Of a DNA stretch of 64,000 nt, positions 57,348 to 64,000 are shown one piece after another; positions within the stretch are counted from its first letter, which is position 1; each line of letters begins with the position of its first letter. The notes below the pieces were generated by a model. It did not search any database, was not told where the DNA came from, and was given only the letters and a program-made list of their open reading frames with translations. The DNA comes from Methanobacteriota archaeon. GTDB lineage: Archaea > Thermoplasmatota > Poseidoniia > Poseidoniales > Thalassarchaeaceae. The stretch lies in NCBI GenBank assembly GCA_004195615.1, contig PSPW01000001.1, positions 82,881 through 146,880 on the forward strand, in the 5' to 3' direction. The position numbers were made by a program, and so were the translations under genes.

Positions 57348-58073
57348 TCAGATAATCGAAAGGACCTCGCGTAGGCTGGGTATTTCTTCTGCCTTTGATG
57401 GGGCGAAGAGGAGCTTCCAAGCCTCGAGGTGCTGGGCAGTGACCATCACCACAGCGAAATCGTCAGTAGACGCTCCCCTCCCATAAGATATTGAGACCTG
57501 TTTCTCAGAATCCATCTCTATAGATGCCCCCCCGGCTGGTTCCGCATCGAGATCGATTGCTAGATTGGAATGGTCATTGCTCACTATGCTGCCATCCCAG
57601 GGGCCACTAATCAGCTCCCTGCGACCCACTTCCGGGATTATCGAACCCCCTTGCGACGACCAAGTGGCGGCGATTGAGCGTGCCGCTGAACCACCGCCCC
57701 TCATTCTGAGTACCGACCCCTCGGGGTCGATCCCAATATGCCTGCAGGCTGAGACGAAACCTAGGCCATCTGTGCTAGTGCCCGACCACTTTCCACCAGA
57801 CCTCCTCAGTTGGTTGATCGCATTGACCCCCTCGGGCCCCTTGACACCGAGTCTTTCCTGTGGCGAGTGCTTCAATGGAGCGGTGCACGATAGCCACAGT
57901 TCTCCTTCCAGAGAGGACACCCGTGACTCGAACTCTTCGATACTGGTCGCCTCGATGAAGACCTGCTCAGACGGTTCCATCCCCAGGTAAGCACCGACTA
58001 TCGAGAAGAGCCTGGGCGTTAGCGAATGGGAGATTGGGTTCCCTGCTATACCCCAGAATGCCGGTCTACTCAT
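57348..58073 (-). CDS. aroE: Shikimate dehydrogenase
   Basis: N-terminal FWGIAGNPISHSLTP, SCTAPLK, GAVN-like (GVNAINQL), TDGLGF and the NADP motif GGGSAARS. Somewhat short at 241 aa. Confidence 0.8.
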   Translation of the reverse strand: MSRPAFWGIAGNPISHSLTPRLFSIVGAYLGMEPSEQVFIEATSIEEFESRVSSLEGELWLSCTAPLKHSPQERLGVKGPEGVNAINQLRRSGGKWSGTSTDGLGFVSACRHIGIDPEGSVLRMRGGGSAARSIAATWSSQGGSIIPEVGRRELISGPWDGSIVSNDHSNLAIDLDAEPAGGASIEMDSEKQVSISYGRGASTDDFAVVMVTAQHLEAWKLLFAPSKAEEIPSLREVLSII

Positions 58074-58147
58074 GGCTCTCGCCCGAGGTTATTGCCGATG
58101 AAGGTTTCAAGAGCGCCCCGTCACCGAGAGTGCCGGAGGTAAGAGCA

Positions 58148-59200
58148 ATGCGTCGCGTCAAGAGGCTGGACGAGGGTCTGAGGCTGAGGATTGAGAGCGA
58201 GGACGACCTGTGGGTGCTATCCCAGGTATGTGGCACGGGTTGCCTAGTGGGGATGCTGTCCCATCGAAGGGACTCTACGACCGGGACGAAAGAGGACGGT
58301 AGGGCTAAGAGCGCCGAGAGGAAGCTAATGTGGATAGTTCTGGAATCGTCTGAGACCGCATTCCAGCCATTCACTGACAATCTCAGGGTGCATGGGGTGA
58401 TTAAGGAGGCGAAGATCGACATCGGCAGCCACCATACTCATGTCATTTCCTCGGGTGATGAGATCGAGTTGACCCAGGAAGGGGGGTTGTCCAGAGTCGA
58501 TTCTGCTTTGATCAAAGAGGCGATCTCCTCGGGAAGAAAAGCCCGTTCCGGACTAATTGTGGTCGAAAACGACGAGGTTCTGATCTTCGAAGTGGCCGTC
58601 CATGGGATTCGTGACGTGTCGCAGTTCAACTTGCGAGGAGGGGGAAAGAGGATAGGAGATTCAACCGCAGTTCGGAATGAGTTCTTCGAGAAGGTTGCCA
58701 AGGAAACCAAGATGGTCTTTCCAGATGAGATGCCTCTGATTCTCTGCGGACCGGGGATGGCGAGAGAGGGTTTCGAAATCCTATTGAGGGGATTGGGGGC
58801 ACAGAACAAAATTGTCAATGCGCCGACAACGATAGGCGGGAGGTCTGCTGCGAACGAGGTACTAGCGGAGGGACTAGCCGACTCACTCCTAGGCGAGCAC
58901 GCAATCGTGGAACAGGTCAGAGCGATAGAGGAGGGCTTGAAGAGAGTCTCGACAGATGGTGCTGTTACCTATGGAATGGAGATGGTGTCCGATGCTGCGA
59001 GACAGGGTGCTGTCGAGACATTGGTCATAGAGGCGGGACTCTTGCGAGTAGAAGAAAACCACTCCGACTGGGAGTCGATAGCGGAAGCAGTCGAGAGTTC
59101 TAGTGGGAAAGTGATTCAAGCGTCGACAGAGCACGATGCGGGCAAACAGCTCCAAGGCATGGGTGGTGCAATCGCCCTCCTGAGATGGAAGTTGGAATAG
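58148..59200 (+). CDS. pelA: Pelota / Dom34 ribosome-rescue factor
   Basis: An eRF1-like three-domain protein with N-terminus MRRVKRLDEG...LRIESEDDLW and the C-terminal GGAIALLRW motif. The table start (58034, TTG) would overlap aroE, so I chose ATG 58148. Confidence 0.8.
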   Translation: MRRVKRLDEGLRLRIESEDDLWVLSQVCGTGCLVGMLSHRRDSTTGTKEDGRAKSAERKLMWIVLESSETAFQPFTDNLRVHGVIKEAKIDIGSHHTHVISSGDEIELTQEGGLSRVDSALIKEAISSGRKARSGLIVVENDEVLIFEVAVHGIRDVSQFNLRGGGKRIGDSTAVRNEFFEKVAKETKMVFPDEMPLILCGPGMAREGFEILLRGLGAQNKIVNAPTTIGGRSAANEVLAEGLADSLLGEHAIVEQVRAIEEGLKRVSTDGAVTYGMEMVSDAARQGAVETLVIEAGLLRVEENHSDWESIAEAVESSSGKVIQASTEHDAGKQLQGMGGAIALLRWKLE

Positions 59201-59234
59201 GCAACCCTCTTCACGGACATGTAGAGGGGGCTTC

Positions 59235-59888
59235 ATGGCTCGGACCCCTGTAAGGATGGTGGGATTAGGACGCCAAGACAGAAGTGACATTGCGTCCGCC
59301 GTTGTCGAGGCTTCCCTTGAGATCGGGGCGGATGCCCAATTCATCATCGATCGTAGCGAGATAAGGGAATTCGACCAGGGGATGATAGACTGGAGAGGGA
59401 TGCTTGAGTCGAATCATTGGCTCGTACTGTCATCGTCTTGCCCTCTCGATGGAGACTCAATGAAATGGGCATGGGGATCGTCTCTGACATTCGCAGAGCT
59501 GGAGGGTTGCAAGACAGCTATGCTCATCGATATGCCCGAAGACTCGGGGCGCATGGATGAGGTATGGGGGTCAGTCATAGAACGAATCAGACAAATCCAT
59601 CTCCTCTTCATCGACCCGGAGGCAATGAAGGCTCTGGCAGAGTTGGAAGGGACGGAAGTAGAGCTCCTACTGAAGGAGGTCAGGAGAAGAAGTTTCGTCC
59701 CAATAGTCTGCTCGTTCGACCCAAAGAAAGGGGTCGCGCATGTTTCTCACTCACTTGGGCACGAGATTGTGGAAGTAAAAGAGCGGATGAGTTTGGAAAG
59801 ATGGCTAGCAGGATTCCTTTGCGAGCTACCAATATCGGGCTTTGGAGAGTCTGGGATAGTATCTGCGGCCCGGTCCTCACCGGGCTGA
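59235..59888 (+). CDS. Hypothetical protein
   Basis: A protein-like ORF between pelota and the AP-endonuclease-like gene. No motif recognised. Confidence 0.4.
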   Translation: MARTPVRMVGLGRQDRSDIASAVVEASLEIGADAQFIIDRSEIREFDQGMIDWRGMLESNHWLVLSSSCPLDGDSMKWAWGSSLTFAELEGCKTAMLIDMPEDSGRMDEVWGSVIERIRQIHLLFIDPEAMKALAELEGTEVELLLKEVRRRSFVPIVCSFDPKKGVAHVSHSLGHEIVEVKERMSLERWLAGFLCELPISGFGESGIVSAARSSPG

Positions 59889-59966
59889 TCCTTCTTCCTG
59901 CGAAGTCCCCACCTGAAACCCCTTTTGAAGGGGGACCCGTTCGGCCGGACCCGCGAGGCCAAAGGG

Positions 59967-61136
59967 ATGCCACTCAAACTAGGGCCTGCAGGAGTTCCCC
60001 TCTCTTGTAAGGGCCGCACCATTGTTGAGGGAATGGACGACATCACGGTGTTGGGACTGGATGCAATGGAGGTGCAGACCGTGCGAACCATCCAACCTCA
60101 ACACTTCGATCAATACTGGCAAGCGGGAATCCTATCTTGGAAGTCTGACTTCGAAATGAATATGCACGGACCCTACTACGCGGAGCTTCTTGGGACCAAA
60201 AGGGAGCGAAACAGAACCCTGTCGAAGATGGAAACAAGTCTCCAGGCTGGGAAGATAGTCAACGCGAGACACCTTACATTCCATGTAGGCCCATATGGGA
60301 AGTATGATCCGGGACCTGAGGCAAACGAACAGGTCGTAAACGTCATGTCGGGAATAGTCGAGAGAGTCAGAGAGGTTTGGGGGGACGAAGAGGAGGAGGA
60401 GGATTACGCTGCATTCCCATGGGTCCACGAGTCGGAGCCCTCTCTAGTTGGGATTGAGACCTCCGGGAGACAGGAGCTTTGGGGAACGGTAGAGGAAGTT
60501 CTAGAAGTCTGCAACCACGTAGAAGGGACGGTTCCCGTACTGAACATGGGCCACATTCACGCTCGTGGCCATGGTAGGCTCAGAACCAGCGAGGACTACG
60601 CAGAACTATTCGATCAGGCCAGAGAAACCTATGGCGGGTCCACATTCTACTGTCACTTCGCAGGAGTCGAGCACAGGATGGGGAATGCACTCCACTACAC
60701 CCAGATTAAGAAGTCTGACTTGAAGTTCGAGCCATTCGCGGAGTATCTCGCGGAGGAAGGCGACTGGATGGACATAACGATAATCTCAGACTCGCCGCTC
60801 CTGGAGCATGATGCAATGTACATGCTCCAGCACTATGACAAAGCGAGGCAGCGCCTACTAGAGATTAGGGCTCGTGATGAGAGGAGGGCAAAGTTGGCAG
60901 CCCAGCAAGGCATTGACCCGGAGGAGCTGAAGAGGAGAGAGGAGGAGGCTGCGGCAGCTAGGAAGTCCCAGCTAACCAGCGAATTGGAAGGGCCGGCCAA
61001 GAAGGCCCCTGCAAAGAAGACTCCCCCTGCAAAGAAGACCCCTGCAAAGGAGGCCCCTCCTGCAAAGGGAAAGGCCGGTAAAGCCAGTGAAATGATATCA
61101 TTTGACGAGTCTTCAAACGAAGACGACGTGTTCTAG
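59967..61136 (+). CDS. AP-endonuclease family 2 / xylose-isomerase-like TIM-barrel protein (endonuclease IV-like) with a C-terminal Lys/Pro/Ala repeat tail
   Basis: The spacing of His/Glu/Asp metal-ligand blocks resembles endonuclease IV (H..G, FHVGP, GIETSG, GHIHARGHG, CHFAGVEH, ISDSP). The tail reads AKKAPAKKTPPAKKTPAKEAPPAKGKAGKAS. Confidence 0.45.
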   Translation: MPLKLGPAGVPLSCKGRTIVEGMDDITVLGLDAMEVQTVRTIQPQHFDQYWQAGILSWKSDFEMNMHGPYYAELLGTKRERNRTLSKMETSLQAGKIVNARHLTFHVGPYGKYDPGPEANEQVVNVMSGIVERVREVWGDEEEEEDYAAFPWVHESEPSLVGIETSGRQELWGTVEEVLEVCNHVEGTVPVLNMGHIHARGHGRLRTSEDYAELFDQARETYGGSTFYCHFAGVEHRMGNALHYTQIKKSDLKFEPFAEYLAEEGDWMDITIISDSPLLEHDAMYMLQHYDKARQRLLEIRARDERRAKLAAQQGIDPEELKRREEEAAAARKSQLTSELEGPAKKAPAKKTPPAKKTPAKEAPPAKGKAGKASEMISFDESSNEDDVF

Positions 61137-61193
61137 CTCAAGTGACCCCAATCAGCAGTCTAGTTCAATAACCTGTTTTGGGGCCGTGGGTTC

Positions 61194-61400
61194 ATGGCGA
61201 CAGGAACTGTGAAGTGGTTCAACTATGTGAAAGGATTTGGGTTCATTGGACGGGAAGATGGCGATGACCTCTTCGTTCATACTACCGAAGTGAACGGAAG
61301 GATTGACGAAGGAGACTTAGTCGAGTTTGAAGTTGGTGAAAGCGATAAGGGCCCGAATGCGGTCAATGTCAGAAAGATCGGCGACGCAGAAGAAGAGTAA
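61194..61400 (+). CDS. csp: Cold-shock protein (CspA family)
   Basis: GTVKWFNYVKGFGFI and VHTTEV (the RNP1 and RNP2 motifs). 68 aa, with GC of about 47%. Confidence 0.9.
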   Translation: MATGTVKWFNYVKGFGFIGREDGDDLFVHTTEVNGRIDEGDLVEFEVGESDKGPNAVNVRKIGDAEEE

Positions 61401-61444
61401 ATCTGTGCCCTAGGGCAACAATAGGGACCCTCTTGGGTTTTCCC

Positions 61445-64000
61445 TCACTCTTCCTCTATGCCAGTCTTTTCCCAATTCAGCACTATTGCCCCATTGGCAC
61501 TGATTCCCAGAACTGGCGACCACTTGCTGAAGTCGACGGAATTGTTTGCTACTATCATAGCTCTGAGGTTGGAAACTAGGGGTGGGTCCAATCTGATGTC
61601 GAAGGGGGCTTCGTCCGATGCGAATAGCGGGGAAGGTGGGGGAGTTTCGACTGTTTTTTGGTTGAATGGGGTTTCTGCCTCCTCTTGACGAGCATCATCA
61701 TGGTCGTCAGGTGATTCCGATGATTCCAACTCGGGAAGATCTCTTTCGTCGGACGATTGCTCTCCTGCCTCGGAGTCGGGGACGCCGACCTCAGAGACGA
61801 ATGGGGTAGCCCCTTCGATGGTACTGCCGATCTCTAGCCCGCCACGGGAGGCATAGAGCACCGCCTGCCCGATCAGAGTCAAAGCGGCTAGGAAGAGCAT
61901 TACGATCAGAATAAGTTCGCCTTGTTCGACACCAGTGTAAATCAGACCCGATGGCATGCCGACGAGGCTGATCATCCTCCTCCAACCATGGTCGCGGCTG
62001 AATCCAACAACCACGTGATGGAACGATAGGCCAACGATTGAAAGACCGAAGACAAAATCCAATTCTATATGCTCGGAGTAGGGCAGCATTGCAACAAGGA
62101 AGAAAGCGGAGCCGAACAGTCCGAAGTCCTTCTCCATGTCGAAGGGGTCGGCTTCAGATTGCTGGGGGAAAAATGGAGTCATGATCTCGATATCGGAGCC
62201 ATAGGGGTCCTTCCTCGACCATGAGACGTATACCATGGCCAAACCGGCAATTATCGGCCAGAGCAGTGCATTGTCTGGATGGATGCCGAAGTCATCATCC
62301 ACCCATAACCAAAGCGTCACTGCCTGCACGAAAACAGAACCGTGGAGCATCATTGGGATGCCATTCCTGAGTCCGTCCCAACCTGCAATTAAGGCCGCGG
62401 CGAACGGCAGTGCACCAGAGATTCCACCTGAGAGAAGAAAGAACGCGTACCCGTACCCGCGTGAGGCTGATCCGAGGTAGACATAGGCCAATGAATCCGG
62501 AACCTCGCCCCCATCGGCATTCTGCAGCAGCACACCCTTCTCGTAGAGGACGTACTGAGTTAGTCCGGCCAATCCCCCGATAACCCAGGCGTAGTCAGGA
62601 TCGATTGCCCCTGACCCCCCATTGATGTAATCGATTAGCTGTGATGATGCCCAGAACCATGCGAATGGAGATACCCAAAACCAATACACTACGCCCTTCT
62701 TCCAGGCCCCCAAGGAGAGAACCGTCACAATCATGATCGGAGCCAATCTGGTGTCAGGTAGGAGGAAGGCGACAGCCATGAGAAATGCCAATGCAGGTCC
62801 GAAGAGCTGCTCGGGACCATATCGTGATCCGTCCTCGCGCGTCCTCTCGGAGGGCAGATAGAAAGCAACTGCTGCTGGGACCGAGAACAGGAAGATGGAT
62901 GCCCAGCGAGGGGTGTGGAAGGATAGCATATCAGTAGTATCTCCTAGGTAGTACAATTCTGACATGAGGGGCCAGAGAATGTCACTCCCATCATAGCTCC
63001 ACTCAAAGAAAGATGCATATATGATAGCGAAGACAGGAAGAGAGGCCAGTACGGGAGTGGAAACGTGCTTCGCTGCCCTCTGAACCGCGATGGCAAATAC
63101 GGGAATGGCGAGGAGACCACCGGAAGAATCCGTCAGCCCGATTATCAGCAGTGCCATGAGGGTCAGGGTGCCGAAGTTGCGTGCCTCCTGAGAGATGTCG
63201 ACCAAGGTCTTCAGACGAAAGTTGACAAGGACGGGAGCCGAGATGATCACGAGGTCCCTGATGGATCTGGCCCAGATGTCCGCCCCCTCCTCTGACAGAA
63301 TCATAGCAGAGATTAGGGAGACTATGGAGAGGTAGGAGATTCCAACCAACCTCTCCAACGGCGTGGTGCGAAATGCGGCACCCCCTTCGAATGCGAGAAG
63401 TGCCACCGATAAAGCAGAGCATGCAAGAGTCAATCTGACGGACTCGGTGGGAGTGACTTGGAACTGTGAATCGATGTTGACCATTAGGAATACTAGTACC
63501 AGGAAGAGCATGGCAGCCATCTCGGGCCTCAAGGACAGGCTCTCATTTGCAATCCTCCACCTATGACAAATTGCAAAAAGGCTGACTGCGGCGATTAACG
63601 GGAGTGTTCTAGCAATGATGTCCCCTCCCATCGTCTCGAACGATGAGAAGAAAATTGACAGAGCCAGTGGCGCCACAATCAATGATAGAAACGCAACCTC
63701 CGTACCCCAATCCAGAAGGCCATCCTCCCTTTCGGTTCTGAGGGACAGGAACGAGTTCATTTGGTACAGGGTGGCAACTGAGATGATTATCACGAAGAGT
63801 AGGTGGGCCTCCTCAATCAATTCGGCATTGAAGGCCGCTAGCAGGAGGAGAATGGATGGTCCCTCGTAGAACCTCAGCCTCCCTCTGAACTGGGCCCAAA
63901 TACCGAGAGCCAAGACGGCGGGGAACAGGACGAGAGACAACCCATCAACGATGCCCAGGGAGAATCCTCCGATTTCGAGGATGTTGCCCTCCCTGCTCGC
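61445..64000 (-). CDS. Large polytopic membrane protein (more than 20 TM) with an acidic C-terminal soluble domain. The N-terminus probably lies beyond the window edge.
   Basis: Continuous hydrophobic ORF of 831 aa. The table start is TTG and the frame stays open to the window end. I see no AglB WWDYG or other diagnostic motif. Confidence 0.45.
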   Translation of the reverse strand, partial: ASREGNILEIGGFSLGIVDGLSLVLFPAVLALGIWAQFRGRLRFYEGPSILLLLAAFNAELIEEAHLLFVIIISVATLYQMNSFLSLRTEREDGLLDWGTEVAFLSLIVAPLALSIFFSSFETMGGDIIARTLPLIAAVSLFAICHRWRIANESLSLRPEMAAMLFLVLVFLMVNIDSQFQVTPTESVRLTLACSALSVALLAFEGGAAFRTTPLERLVGISYLSIVSLISAMILSEEGADIWARSIRDLVIISAPVLVNFRLKTLVDISQEARNFGTLTLMALLIIGLTDSSGGLLAIPVFAIAVQRAAKHVSTPVLASLPVFAIIYASFFEWSYDGSDILWPLMSELYYLGDTTDMLSFHTPRWASIFLFSVPAAVAFYLPSERTREDGSRYGPEQLFGPALAFLMAVAFLLPDTRLAPIMIVTVLSLGAWKKGVVYWFWVSPFAWFWASSQLIDYINGGSGAIDPDYAWVIGGLAGLTQYVLYEKGVLLQNADGGEVPDSLAYVYLGSASRGYGYAFFLLSGGISGALPFAAALIAGWDGLRNGIPMMLHGSVFVQAVTLWLWVDDDFGIHPDNALLWPIIAGLAMVYVSWSRKDPYGSDIEIMTPFFPQQSEADPFDMEKDFGLFGSAFFLVAMLPYSEHIELDFVFGLSIVGLSFHHVVVGFSRDHGWRRMISLVGMPSGLIYTGVEQGELILIVMLFLAALTLIGQAVLYASRGGLEIGSTIEGATPFVSEVGVPDSEAGEQSSDERDLPELESSESPDDHDDARQEEAETPFNQKTVETPPPSPLFASDEAPFDIRLDPPLVSNLRAMIVANNSVDFSKWSPVLGISANGAIVLNWEKTGIEEE

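Noticed and set aside
1-64000. Search for mobile elements (transposase, integrase, flanking inverted repeats), a prophage, CRISPR-cas or rRNA
   Set aside because: None found. I saw no DDE, serine- or tyrosine-recombinase motifs, no Cas signatures and no rRNA-like conserved stretches. Only one tRNA was detected.

Overview
This window reads as archaeal chromosomal DNA at roughly 58% GC. The gene content points to a Thermoplasmatota / Marine-Group-II-like heterotroph. That lineage call is an inference from gene content, not from any search. Supporting signals: an archaeal histone, RFC small subunit, GatD, Pelota, NadM-type NMNAT, an intron-bearing tRNA with a bulge-helix-bulge-type intron after position 37, and a giant surface protein dense in N-x-S/T sequons. 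Coding density is about 90%, with roughly 55 CDS.

The genes fall into three groups:
- Housekeeping: the aspS 3' end, a DEAD-box helicase, DRG GTPase, TatC, an SMC-ScpA-ScpB operon, RFC, GatD, Pelota, AroE, PanB, cold-shock protein, FKBP and NadM.
- Acyl-CoA and organic-acid metabolism: a fused B12-dependent acyl-CoA mutase (IcmF-like), an acyl-CoA carboxyltransferase, acyl-CoA synthetase, a FabH-like KAS III, ALDH, two LLM-class oxidoreductases, an SDR, and a two-subunit LigB-type extradiol dioxygenase next to a RidA deaminase.
- Many membrane or secreted proteins of unknown function.

The most unusual locus is a roughly 2,480-aa surface protein at 18556-25992. From N- to C-terminus it carries a signal peptide, an N-glycosylation-sequon-rich region that may be beta-helix-like, a 7-blade RCC1-like propeller, about 30 ephrin-receptor-like cysteine repeats (including near-identical 102-bp tandem DNA copies), one transmembrane helix, a cytoplasmic SAP motif, and a repetitive poly-acidic tail.

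Other notable items:
- A tandem double-histone-fold protein with an unusual Cys-Asn-Thr L1 loop.
- A low-GC island of about 2.3 kb carrying the DEAD-box helicase; the cold-shock gene elsewhere is also low-GC.
- A seven-gene co-directional enzyme cluster running into the giant protein.
- An amino-acid permease fused to EF-hands.

I found no CRISPR array, transposase, integrase or rRNA.

Coordinates follow the supplied ORF table. Where I moved a start, it is to an internal ATG at a codon offset from the table start. The table's finder evidently accepts TTG and GTG as start codons; several table starts are TTG or GTG by my reading, so I refined those where an ATG with a plausible N-terminus exists.
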